From Bacillota bacterium (GTDB taxonomy: Bacteria > Bacillota > Clostridia > Christensenellales > UBA1242): a stretch of DNA of 50,002 nt. Of the stretch, positions 28,470 through 37,747 are shown one piece after another. The stretch is from contig WRBH01000001.1 of NCBI GenBank assembly GCA_009784665.1, forward strand, positions 73,267 through 123,268. Direction: 5' to 3'. The translations under genes were made by a program, and so were the position numbers. The notes beneath the pieces are model-generated. The model did no database searches. It was not told the DNA's origin and saw nothing but the letters and a program-made list of their open reading frames with translations. Each line of letters begins with the position of its first letter. Within the stretch, counting starts at the first letter, position 1.

Positions 28470-28524
28470 GTTATATCATATGTAAAAAGATTTGTGTTTA
28501 TGGATTTTTGGGCTACAATAGATC

Positions 28525-30189
28525 ATGGCATCTGCAAGACGCGTTATTAACATATTCGCCTTGACCTTAATTGGATTGGTCGTTGCCATTGCAGGTGTTG
28601 TTGCTGTGATTATATTTTGGCCGTCCGATTGGACATTCCTAGGTATTGGCGGTGTAAATGAACGAGGTGTTTGGACACGGTTTGATTCTGACGAAGTTGC
28701 GGATGCTCTGGCACATAGAAACCTTATAATCCACAGCCGTCATACCCCTGTCGAGGTTCGTGTGCGAAAATTTGAACAGCTGGATGTCCAGGATAATCGT
28801 GGCACAATCTTGGCCTTTGAGAATGCAAGAGGGTTAACTTTTAACCAAATCCATCGAACACACATCTATCTGACTGAAACATTGGTGGATGGGGAGCTAT
28901 TCTTTAAAATTTATATCACTGCTCCAACTGGCATTGTTACACGAGATTCTCGTGTTGTCATTAATCTTGTTTCTGATGAGGACGAGTTCACGGGGCAACC
29001 ATATAATTTTATTCTGGATACTGGCATTCATCCTGTATCGTTCCGTGCCGATCAAGAAGTTGAACATATTGCAATTGACGAGTTAACACTTTTAAGTGGC
29101 ACTATAGGGCATGTCAGCTTTCCTACCCCGCCTACGCAAGCTTTTCCATTCCACATCAGTCTTAATCGATTACTTGTTCATTCGACTCGTGCCAGTGTTA
29201 ATATTCCAACAAATGTCCGTGAAGAGGTCTTGATTACCAGTCCTATTGGTCATGTAACTATTGGCTCGGTAGGGATTGACGGAGGGGCACAAGGTGTTGT
29301 GAATGTTCCTGGATCGAGGGAAATGAACTTATCTCTCGGAACAGTTTTTGGCGATATTAATTTTGATGCTGCTACTGGTTCACTTCGGGTTACGGGTCAA
29401 AGTTACGGTGTGACAGGCAATGTAGATATGAGGACAAATCTAGCTAGTCTTAACGCCACCCGAATCCAAGAGCGTCTTGATTTTTTCAGTAACACAGCAT
29501 CCGGTGTTACTATTGGCAGAACTGATGGCGAGGTGAATGCCGAGTTTGCGTCTGCGGGCTCGATGGTAATTACAAACAGCTATAACAATGTGACGGTTCT
29601 GTCACGCTCGGCGAATTTAACGATTGGTGGAACGGGGGCTCAACAAGGTGCCAGAGGTCCTGTTGACATTAACAACCGATATGGTTGGACAGCGGTTAAC
29701 TTTGCAAGAGATGTTCTGAATTATGGCGAGCCGACGCTGGATTTCGCAGGGTTTGATGGAAATATCACTGCAACGCGGATTGTTGGCGTGACGACTGTGA
29801 CCGTTGGCGAATTACAGCGAAATGGTCGTGCGGTGATTAATTTATCATTTATCCAAGTTAGGGGTGTTAATAATGTGATTTTTCATGGTTCAACTCCACC
29901 AGGGTCAGAATTTGGTAGGGTCACCGTAACCTTGCTCACCCGTTTAGCAAATGATCCAGCGGGCCCATTTGATGCATTTGACTTTCATGCAATTCACACC
30001 GCAGGAGCAAGGGACTTTACGGGGTGGCCTGTTCTTGGCAATACTGGCAACACAACAATCGGAGTCGAAATCCCGAACTGGAATGCTCAGCCAGGAGGTA
30101 TGGCGTGGCCAGTTCGTGAAGGAAACTCTACTCGGGTTCTGCGTATCGAGACATCAAACACTGTTGTTCTCCGTGCCGCGAGATTGTAG
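28525..30189 (+). CDS. Membrane-anchored beta-solenoid/adhesin-like surface protein
   Basis: Single N-terminal TM; repetitive G/T/N/V beta strands (DUF4097-like pattern). Confidence 0.7.
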   Translation: MASARRVINIFALTLIGLVVAIAGVVAVIIFWPSDWTFLGIGGVNERGVWTRFDSDEVADALAHRNLIIHSRHTPVEVRVRKFEQLDVQDNRGTILAFENARGLTFNQIHRTHIYLTETLVDGELFFKIYITAPTGIVTRDSRVVINLVSDEDEFTGQPYNFILDTGIHPVSFRADQEVEHIAIDELTLLSGTIGHVSFPTPPTQAFPFHISLNRLLVHSTRASVNIPTNVREEVLITSPIGHVTIGSVGIDGGAQGVVNVPGSREMNLSLGTVFGDINFDAATGSLRVTGQSYGVTGNVDMRTNLASLNATRIQERLDFFSNTASGVTIGRTDGEVNAEFASAGSMVITNSYNNVTVLSRSANLTIGGTGAQQGARGPVDINNRYGWTAVNFARDVLNYGEPTLDFAGFDGNITATRIVGVTTVTVGELQRNGRAVINLSFIQVRGVNNVIFHGSTPPGSEFGRVTVTLLTRLANDPAGPFDAFDFHAIHTAGARDFTGWPVLGNTGNTTIGVEIPNWNAQPGGMAWPVREGNSTRVLRIETSNTVVLRAARL

Positions 30190-30196
30190 AGCAGGC

Positions 30197-30997
30197 TTAA
30201 ATACTTACGAAAATCCCTAGGAAGACACCGCCAATAGCGATGGCGATGGAGCTCATGTAGACGACCATGAATAAACGCTCCTTGTCGGAAACATCTGTCC
30301 GATTACCGAAGATTCGGTTATGGAGGAAGAATATGAACAGCTGAATCGCCATGATTCCCATTCCAATTAATATAAAGGCGACGAACCATAATGATAAAAA
30401 TAAAAATGAAATCATCATCCCGATATTAACAGCAGAAAAGATACTATAAAACCCGTATAGTGTGATTATGGCTGGCGAACCTGTTGCTGTTTTAGTGTAC
30501 GAAGCTTTCATGTGTCGTAGCATTTCTATGTATCTATCCTTCCTTTTACTGAGGACTTTGTTAGTGATATACTCCTCGAACAGTGCAGAGTGCTCCATAT
30601 TACGAACGGTTAGAGTATTGCTTAAAAATTCCTCGGCCCACGGTAAATATTTTTTTGTCTTGATTTTTGCGAAACGGTTAAGGTGGTTTCTAACATGCGT
30701 TGGTGTGAAATCTTGGTACTTCAGGTTTAGATATGCAATTTGTTCGTTTAGGGGGAATGCCGCTTCGGCGATGACCAATATCGCGGTCGACACAGACGGT
30801 CCAAACTTGTCCTCTAAATCAATGCACATCGCAATGACCTCTGTTACATTTTTTGGATCACCTACCCAATCTTTAAGCTTCGTCTTGCCTTCCTCGCCAC
30901 TGATATTCTCCTCGCATTTCGGACAGACCACAAAAATATCTCGTTGCGATACCAGAATCAACTCTTCGCATTTTGGGCATAGGGCTGGATTGAACAT
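30197..30997 (-). CDS. Zinc-ribbon membrane protein
   Basis: CPKC x2 at N-terminus; 3 C-terminal TM; abuts the yidC stop. Confidence 0.75.
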   Translation of the reverse strand: MFNPALCPKCEELILVSQRDIFVVCPKCEENISGEEGKTKLKDWVGDPKNVTEVIAMCIDLEDKFGPSVSTAILVIAEAAFPLNEQIAYLNLKYQDFTPTHVRNHLNRFAKIKTKKYLPWAEEFLSNTLTVRNMEHSALFEEYITNKVLSKRKDRYIEMLRHMKASYTKTATGSPAIITLYGFYSIFSAVNIGMMISFLFLSLWFVAFILIGMGIMAIQLFIFFLHNRIFGNRTDVSDKERLFMVVYMSSIAIAIGGVFLGIFVSI

Positions 30998-32263
30998 CTA
31001 CTTCTCCTTCTTCTTCGCTCGGCTCTTGAAATATTTAGAGTGGGGATTGATAGTTATTACATCTCCGTCAACGGTTACAGATTCTTTTTCTTTTTTTCGT
31101 TTATCTTGCCACTTGATTAATTTTTCTACAAGAAAGTTCATCGCAAATGATATCCCCGTCATAAACAATGCCCCCGCACTGATGTAAATCGCAAGTGCGG
31201 CGGTGGTGGTCATAGTGAAAACAACCATGATGACAGGCAAGATAAACTTCATCATTTTTGTCGCAGATGCGGGGTCGATAGAAGGTAGTTTCTCCGCCTC
31301 TCCACTCGACGAGGTATTTTTAACTTTCCGGATTGAATATCCAACCTCGGCTTCCTTTTTCGCAGGTTGGTTAACCTTGGTGGATTGCATGACCTTGGCA
31401 TTTATCAACATGCTTAGGTATGTTGCCCCTGCTGCGAATAGGATTAGGAATAACATACCGTTCCATCCTCTACCTGTTTGGTCGATTCCATTTTCTCGGT
31501 TGAATATATCGTTATAGATTCCCTCCATCCGCTCTAGTTGTGGTTGGTTTTGGCTTCCCCATCCATCAATACTGTTTGTTGCACTTCTGAATTGGCTCCA
31601 CGAAAGAGTTCGGTTAGCCCATGTATCAGGTCTCCACATGCTGTGAACCCACAGAAACCCTGTGCGAGTAGCGTTATACTCGGCATTAATTGCCTCTTGG
31701 AAAGTAATTGAAACGGGATTTCCATTTTCATCAAGCCATTGATTTCCGTGAACATCTACCATCATATCGCCTAAAACATACTCGCCATTAACTAGGGTAC
31801 GATGGTGTTCATGAACAGCATATAGTCTGTGGAACTGATAGCTGACATTATGATTCGATATTCCGTTCAGCGCTTGGAAAACCGAAAAGAAAATAATCAT
31901 CATTATGGCCATATTCAGAATCTGGAATAAACAAAATCCAGCCATTCCACCACCATGTTTTTTAAAGAGTGCTTGTTGAGCTCGCTGCTTTCCCAGGGGG
32001 TCACCTGCATAGGCTTCGGCAATTGCGTCTTGTTCAGGTTTCATTGCTGCCATTCGGATAGAGTTCTTTTTTGTAAAATACTTGACCCCAAAATCAAGCG
32101 GGATCATCACCAGTCGCAGTAACAATGTGAAGATAATAATTGCAACGGCATAGCTGCCTATTCCGTTGTACAGCCATTCGACGACACTAAAGACCGCTCC
32201 TCGGATTCCAAGGAACCCACTTGGTCCATCTGGGAATTGCACAGTGCTAAGCAAATCGAACAT
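30998..32263 (-). CDS. yidC: Membrane protein insertase YidC
   Basis: AIIIFTLLLRLVMIPL, FLWVHSMWRPD, AALAIY; position after rnpA-yidD. Confidence 0.9.
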   Translation of the reverse strand: MFDLLSTVQFPDGPSGFLGIRGAVFSVVEWLYNGIGSYAVAIIIFTLLLRLVMIPLDFGVKYFTKKNSIRMAAMKPEQDAIAEAYAGDPLGKQRAQQALFKKHGGGMAGFCLFQILNMAIMMIIFFSVFQALNGISNHNVSYQFHRLYAVHEHHRTLVNGEYVLGDMMVDVHGNQWLDENGNPVSITFQEAINAEYNATRTGFLWVHSMWRPDTWANRTLSWSQFRSATNSIDGWGSQNQPQLERMEGIYNDIFNRENGIDQTGRGWNGMLFLILFAAGATYLSMLINAKVMQSTKVNQPAKKEAEVGYSIRKVKNTSSSGEAEKLPSIDPASATKMMKFILPVIMVVFTMTTTAALAIYISAGALFMTGISFAMNFLVEKLIKWQDKRKKEKESVTVDGDVITINPHSKYFKSRAKKKEK

Positions 32264-32538
32264 TTACACTCCTTTTTATGTGGAACGGGATCGACCCCGT
32301 AAGCATTTTTGTTGAATGGGTTGCAACGGAGAATTCTCCTTGTCGCCAGCCACCATCCGACGAATACTCCTCTTTCGCGAATCGCTATTAATGCATATTC
32401 TGAACAGGTTGGTACAAACGCACAGGATTTTGGTAACCAGGGCTTTATTAAAAACCGATACAAGTATACAGGAATACTCGCTAAAAATCTAGCGATAATT
32501 TTAAAGGGATTTTTTGAGATTCCGTTATTTTTTTCTAT
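32158..32538 (-). CDS. yidD: Membrane protein insertion efficiency factor YidD
   Basis: CAFVPTCSEYA...RILRCNPF...DPVP; both ends uncertain (possible ATA start at 32538, TTG at 32463). Confidence 0.85.
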   Translation of the reverse strand: MEKNNGISKNPFKIIARFLASIPVYLYRFLIKPWLPKSCAFVPTCSEYALIAIRERGVFVGWWLATRRILRCNPFNKNAYGVDPVPHKKECKCSICLALCNSQMDQVGSLESEERSLVSSNGCTTE

Positions 32539-32879
32539 AGCAACAACCCTCCCCTCTGCAAAACATTTTCCATGGCCTTAATAATTTCTGTGAGGCGCTT
32601 CTTGTCGATTCCTTCTTTTGCGACGAAGATAATCGAGTGGTCAGGCTTGACTCGAGTGGTCAGGTTCTTTGCTGCGTGTCGCATTTTTCTTATCGCCCTA
32701 TTTCGGATGACACTATTGCCGACCTTTTTACTTACGGAGAATCCAATTTTCAGGGGACTGTCTTTCATGCGTGCATATACAAAAGACATCGACAGGGTGT
32801 CGTTGCCAATGTGTTTTCCCCGCCGATGAATATAGTTAAACGATTTACGCTTTTTAAGTCGATATTGCTTTTTCAGCAT
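32535..32879 (-). CDS. rnpA: Ribonuclease P protein component
   Basis: YRLKKRKSF, GFSVSKKVGNSVIRNRAIR. Confidence 0.95.
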   Translation of the reverse strand: MLKKQYRLKKRKSFNYIHRRGKHIGNDTLSMSFVYARMKDSPLKIGFSVSKKVGNSVIRNRAIRKMRHAAKNLTTRVKPDHSIIFVAKEGIDKKRLTEIIKAMENVLQRGGLLL

Positions 32880-32925
32880 TAATCTTTCTCCGCCTCTCTT
32901 TTTTCTCTAGCCGGCCTAATAGGTT

Positions 32926-33027
32926 TTAAAATTCTGTCCCACCACTTAATTTTGGGGACATTTCAACAAAGGCAGTTCCTTTGAAATGCCTTCTAAGATT
33001 CGCGTTGATTTTATCAAGTGCCACCAT
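32926..33027 (-). CDS. Candidate 33-aa small protein
   Basis: GGGAGGTG SD then ATG; MVALDKINANLRRHFKGTAFVEMSPKLSGGTEF*. Confidence 0.45.
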   Translation of the reverse strand: MVALDKINANLRRHFKGTAFVEMSPKLSGGTEF

Positions 33028-33045
33028 ACGCACCTCCCTCTAGGA

Positions 33046-33180
33046 TCACGCTGCTAAAACTTTACGCCCCTTTGCACGGCGACGCTTTAGGACATTGCGT
33101 CCGCCTTGGGTACGCATTCTTTGACGAAAGCCGTGGACTTTTTGCCGCTGGCGCTTTTTCGGTTGATATGTTCTTTTCAT
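33046..33180 (-). CDS. rpmH: 50S ribosomal protein L34
   Basis: Manual translation [44 protein letters not shown]; below the ORF-track cutoff. Confidence 0.98.
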   Translation of the reverse strand: MKRTYQPKKRQRQKVHGFRQRMRTQGGRNVLKRRRAKGRKVLAA

Positions 33181-33221
33181 TCTGAACTCCCTTTAATTAA
33201 CCAAATATTATATAGTAGGCA

Positions 33222-33482
33222 TTAATCTGTGTCAAGGGTTTGTTGACTGTCGATATTTTCGATTGGGTTGCAATATGGCTCTAACTTGTGCCTCATAGCA
33301 ATATGGCTTAACCCCATGCCAGCAGCACTGGCAACCATACCCAGCATCCCCCAACTGCCGACGGCGGCTGCACCTTCGACTCCCTCTAAGGCAAGGGCTC
33401 CACCGAATCCAAAAGCAAGCGTGCTAGGAATGGTGAGCAGTGCACTTCCAGCGAATATTCTATTCAAGCTTCTATATTTCAT
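33222..33482 (-). CDS. Small Gly/Ala-rich two-helix membrane protein
   Basis: GGAGG SD directly after the dnaN stop; two hydrophobic segments. Confidence 0.65.
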   Translation of the reverse strand: MKYRSLNRIFAGSALLTIPSTLAFGFGGALALEGVEGAAAVGSWGMLGMVASAAGMGLSHIAMRHKLEPYCNPIENIDSQQTLDTD

Positions 33483-33491
33483 GTAATCCTC

Positions 33492-34586
33492 CTAGCTCAT
33501 ACGAACGGGCAGGATAAGGAACAGGTAATCCCCATCTTTTGACGCTGTGATGGTTGCTGGTGAATGTTCGCCAGTGAGAGATAATTTAATGAAAGAATCG
33601 TCAATGTTCCGAAGGGCGTCGAACAGATATTTTGCGTTAAAGCTAATGGTCAGGTCCTTGCCAGTCAAGGACGCGGCAACAAGTTCGTTAATTTTACCGA
33701 TTTCGTTGGTGGAGTTAATTTGAATTTTTTTGTCCACAATTTTCAGGGTGATTAGGTTGATTCGGTCGGAACGGACCAACAGGCCTGCCCTCTCGACCGC
33801 GTGGGCAAACGCAGAGGTTTCAACAACAATATCACTGCTGAACGATTTTGGTATAATTTGGCCATAGTTTATAAACTCGCCTTCAATTAGGCGGCTTGCG
33901 AAGACTGTGTTACCGATGCTGACCTGTAAGAACTTGTTTTCAACAACGAGGTTGACTTCACCGTTCTCGTCCGCCAATAATTTGCTGATTTCAACCAGGG
34001 ATTTGGCGGGGACGATGATAGAAGTTTTATCCTTGTGGTTACTGATTACTTTTGTAACTCTGGCCAGCCTGAAGCCATCCAGGGCAACCGCGGTTAACTC
34101 TGCTCCGTCGATCTCGAACAGGATGCCACGCAATACAGGGCGGGAATCATCTGTGGATGCACAGATAGTTGTTTTCGATATAATATCTTTTAACGCGTCT
34201 GCTTTAATCGAAAAGTGTGGGTCTGCCTTTAAGCTGACGATGTCTGGGTATTCTTCCTTTGCAAATCCTTGAAAGTTGAATACATTGTCGCCATGTTTAA
34301 CAACGATAGTGTCGCCTTCGGCGGTGATACTGACTTGGGACTTTTCCAACTTTCTAACATAATCCACGAATACTCTTGGGACGATAACCTCTCCGGATTG
34401 TTTGATATCTGCTTTCACTGTCTTTTTCAGATAGATATCCAGGTCGGTTGCCGATGCCACAACTTTGCCTTCTTTGGCTGTCAGCTTTATCCCCTCAAGA
34501 ACGGGGTTAATTTGCTTTGCTCCGCTGGCACGAGATACAACACCAACTGCTTCTGCTAAATCCGACCCGTCGATTACGATTTTCAT
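33492..34586 (-). CDS. dnaN: DNA polymerase III beta clamp
   Basis: NPVLEGI, ATDLD, SRPVLRGI, VALDGFRLA, LILPVR. Confidence 0.97.
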   Translation of the reverse strand: MKIVIDGSDLAEAVGVVSRASGAKQINPVLEGIKLTAKEGKVVASATDLDIYLKKTVKADIKQSGEVIVPRVFVDYVRKLEKSQVSITAEGDTIVVKHGDNVFNFQGFAKEEYPDIVSLKADPHFSIKADALKDIISKTTICASTDDSRPVLRGILFEIDGAELTAVALDGFRLARVTKVISNHKDKTSIIVPAKSLVEISKLLADENGEVNLVVENKFLQVSIGNTVFASRLIEGEFINYGQIIPKSFSSDIVVETSAFAHAVERAGLLVRSDRINLITLKIVDKKIQINSTNEIGKINELVAASLTGKDLTISFNAKYLFDALRNIDDSFIKLSLTGEHSPATITASKDGDYLFLILPVRMS

Positions 34587-34647
34587 ACGCACACTCCTTA
34601 TATCTCTAGTCTAACAAAATTACTGGGGATTGACAAGGAAAAAAAAA

Positions 34648-34656
34648 TGTGGATAA
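34648..34656. promoter_or_regulatory. DnaA box overlapping the dnaA promoter
   Basis: Perfect TGTGGATAA between TTGACA (34630) and ATG (34665). Confidence 0.8.
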
Positions 34657-34664
34657 CTATTGGT

Positions 34665-36029
34665 ATGGATATTAACGAGGTCTGGAAAAACGCCCAAAGA
34701 AAGATAGCGGACAAGGTTAGTTCGATTTCTTTTGATTTATGGATTAAAACCCTTGAGGTAGACAGCTTTGCAGACGGAGAGTTTATTCTGGTTGCACACA
34801 GCAGTGCCGCAAAACAAATGGCGTTGAATGACAGGCATTATCCACATATAGATTTGCAACTGAGAGAATTTGCACCAATTATTGAAAAAGTTACAATAAT
34901 TGATGCACTAGAGCGGGAGCAAAAACAAGCCGAGGCAATAAGAGAGGCCAGCGGGTTCAAGCAAGAGGTTGAAATTCCAAAGAAAAACGCTCCCCTGTCG
35001 TTTACAACCGTAAATCCTACAAAAACATTTAAGAGTTTCGTTGTAGGAAAGTCGAACGAGTTCGTCGCCGCTGCGGCCGAGGCAGTTGCAAAGAACCCAG
35101 GTAAAAAAATTAATCCTTTGTTCATATATGGTGGCAGCGGGCTTGGGAAAACGCATCTACTTAACGCTATCGCAAACGAAATCCAATGGGGGCATCCACA
35201 ACTAAGGGTTGCACTTGCAACATGTGAAAAGTTCACAAACGATTATGTAGAGGCCTTGCGTAATAAAACAGTCAGTTCCTTCAGAGCGGCGTACAGAGAT
35301 ATCGATGTCCTGCTGATCGATGACATCCAATTTATCGAAAACAAAGTCAGCACTCAAGAAGAATTCTTCCATACATTTAACGATTTGACACAAAACGGTC
35401 GACAAGTTGTTTTGGCATCCGACAGGCATGCAGATAAATTGACAACTCTGGAAGGTCGGATGCGAAGTAGGTTCAAGTCAGGGTTAATACAAGATATTAC
35501 CAGTCCCGATGTAGAAATGCGAATTGCAATCCTAGAGAAAAAGGCCCAAGAGGAAAACAATAAGCTGCCCAGTGATGTTGTTGGGTATCTTGCCCAAAAG
35601 GCGTGTGATGCCGACATGAATGTGCGGGAAATGGAAGCGATATTGTTGAAAGTTCTTTTCTTTGCGGAATTGAAGCGCCGAGATATTCCAACCCTCGATG
35701 ATTGTGTAGAGGCGTTAAAAGACATGCAAGAAGATATCGAGAGTCAAACAACTGCCGCCACAATACTAGATAAAGTTTGCAGATACTTTAATATTGATTT
35801 GGAAGAGATAATGGGCAAGCGGCGAAATCGCGAGTTCGTAGAACCTCGCATGGTCGCCATTTATCTCATTTGCGAGGTTTTAAACATTCCTCTTGTTAAT
35901 ATCGGACAATTATTAGGGGGTCGTGATCATACCACAATCATGCACAGCCGTAATAAAATTGCGTCTCAACTGAAAACCGACGCTCGTATGAAGAGAATTA
36001 TCGAAGACTTAACTAAAATGATCAGTTAA
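34665..36029 (+). CDS. dnaA: Chromosomal replication initiator DnaA
   Basis: NPLFIYGGSGLGKTHL, LLIDDIQF, TQEEFFHTFN, GGRDHTT. Confidence 0.98.
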   Translation: MDINEVWKNAQRKIADKVSSISFDLWIKTLEVDSFADGEFILVAHSSAAKQMALNDRHYPHIDLQLREFAPIIEKVTIIDALEREQKQAEAIREASGFKQEVEIPKKNAPLSFTTVNPTKTFKSFVVGKSNEFVAAAAEAVAKNPGKKINPLFIYGGSGLGKTHLLNAIANEIQWGHPQLRVALATCEKFTNDYVEALRNKTVSSFRAAYRDIDVLLIDDIQFIENKVSTQEEFFHTFNDLTQNGRQVVLASDRHADKLTTLEGRMRSRFKSGLIQDITSPDVEMRIAILEKKAQEENNKLPSDVVGYLAQKACDADMNVREMEAILLKVLFFAELKRRDIPTLDDCVEALKDMQEDIESQTTAATILDKVCRYFNIDLEEIMGKRRNREFVEPRMVAIYLICEVLNIPLVNIGQLLGGRDHTTIMHSRNKIASQLKTDARMKRIIEDLTKMIS

Positions 36030-37726
36030 GGTGTAGTTACACCAAGTAAGATATCTCTTAATACCTTGACGGTGACGGCAACACCTGGAGCGTCGGGCAG
36101 ATAAACACCAGGAATTGTTCCAAGTGCGTAAGTAAGTTCAAGTTCATCCAAGAGGTCTTCTATTTGCTCCAGGACAAGCGGGCCTATGACTTCACTCTCT
36201 AGAAGTGCGGAAATAAGCTCTCCCCCTGTGTCAAAGATGATATAAATTATGTCCTCTAACCCTTCTGCATTTTGGAAATATGCAACAATCCGGATGGACG
36301 CACGAATTGCACGCAGGTCTGCCGTCCAATCAAATGTGTTATGCTCGGGGTCTTTCAAGTTATTAACCAAGTTCTCGACGACTTGTGGCGTGCTTGGCCC
36401 CATAACATCTGCCTCCAGGACAGCTTCTTCCAGCAACTCTGCGATAAATGTACGGATACTCATACGGAATCCAAGGGTATTCGTAACGGTATTAAGGATT
36501 CCACCCAAAGTATCTATTGTTGTGTCATTCAAGTCAGCAATAGCATCTAGGGCATTTTCGGCATCGACAATGCCAGTTATATCTTGCCATGTGCCATTAG
36601 TGAAGATGTCTTGGGCAATTCCAATGATATTAAGGATATCGTTAAGTACGGTTTGTGCGGTCAAGTTACGAAGGTCCTGCAAGATTGCCTCAGTACTGAC
36701 AGGAAGGGCATACTCCTCCAACAGGTCGGAATCTGCGATGAATGTCGCGAAGTCGTCCATAGCAGACATCAGAAGTTGAACAAGAGAAATCTCAAACACT
36801 CGCTCCACTATACCAGGCAAGGCTTCCCAGTAGGGTTCAAACTCTGGGCTGGCCAAGACATCTGCAAAGTCTTCATCTTCGAATTGTTGGCTTATCACCG
36901 CGAAATCTTTGTATAGGTGCATGCCGCGGATTACATCTTGTCGAAGGTTAATATTCGGCATACCCCTTGGTGTGCGGACGCGTGTGATATAGTCAAACAT
37001 TGGCCCAGACGCCCACTGCATGCCAGTGAATCTTGTCATTATTCCGTATGGGCTGCGTTGAAGTTGGTTATCGAAATCATGGACGAACTCCAGGACGGCG
37101 TGATCTTCTATTTGGGCTGTCGCCTCGGTAAAGCTTGGCTCGTATCTTGTTACTGAACCAGCCATGGTCAATATACCATTGACAGGAATCATTACAAGGA
37201 AGAATATCAACAGCCCCTGTCCTAGGCCGACCAATGCTCCCAGCCACCTGTGCCTTTTTGTCGGACGCATTTCGAACTTTGCCATACCGTTTGCTGTACG
37301 GTCACCTGTGTTAGACTTTACATTTTTTGGTGCGACTTTTCCTGCGAATATCGCGTAAACAATCCAGGTAATGAAACGGAATATATATAGAAGGGCGACG
37401 AAAACCAAAAGGCTGATAATTGCAATCGGCAGTGCACTGATAAATGCATCTAATTGCGTAAAATTCGCGGCCGCGTCTGCCGCTTCACCGCCCATGGCAT
37501 TCAACAAATGTTCACTCATGGTATAGCCCCCGAACCGAATTCCGCCGAAAGGGTTTGCGATAACTGGGGCCAGTAAAACCGCCAGCGGAATCGCGAATAA
37601 AAATGTTACAAGGCGGAATGCGGATCGCTTGAACCCACGGATTGCACCCCACAGTACCCCAAAGAAAATACCCAGCATTAACAAGCCAAACAACGACCAA
37701 GTTACAATTGTCATTACTGTATCCAT
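36026..37726 (-). CDS. CvpA-like membrane protein with large acidic helical ectodomain
   Basis: WGAIRGFKR and RWLGALVGLGQG CvpA-type motifs, then about 380 aa acidic domain. Confidence 0.7.
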   Translation of the reverse strand: MDTVMTIVTWSLFGLLMLGIFFGVLWGAIRGFKRSAFRLVTFLFAIPLAVLLAPVIANPFGGIRFGGYTMSEHLLNAMGGEAADAAANFTQLDAFISALPIAIISLLVFVALLYIFRFITWIVYAIFAGKVAPKNVKSNTGDRTANGMAKFEMRPTKRHRWLGALVGLGQGLLIFFLVMIPVNGILTMAGSVTRYEPSFTEATAQIEDHAVLEFVHDFDNQLQRSPYGIMTRFTGMQWASGPMFDYITRVRTPRGMPNINLRQDVIRGMHLYKDFAVISQQFEDEDFADVLASPEFEPYWEALPGIVERVFEISLVQLLMSAMDDFATFIADSDLLEEYALPVSTEAILQDLRNLTAQTVLNDILNIIGIAQDIFTNGTWQDITGIVDAENALDAIADLNDTTIDTLGGILNTVTNTLGFRMSIRTFIAELLEEAVLEADVMGPSTPQVVENLVNNLKDPEHNTFDWTADLRAIRASIRIVAYFQNAEGLEDIIYIIFDTGGELISALLESEVIGPLVLEQIEDLLDELELTYALGTIPGVYLPDAPGVAVTVKVLRDILLGVTTP

Positions 37727-37747
37727 AAGACTAGTATACCACGGTCG

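Noticed and set aside
30462-31187. 241-aa plus-strand ORF
   Set aside because: Antisense to yidC and the Zn-ribbon membrane gene; no independent coding evidence
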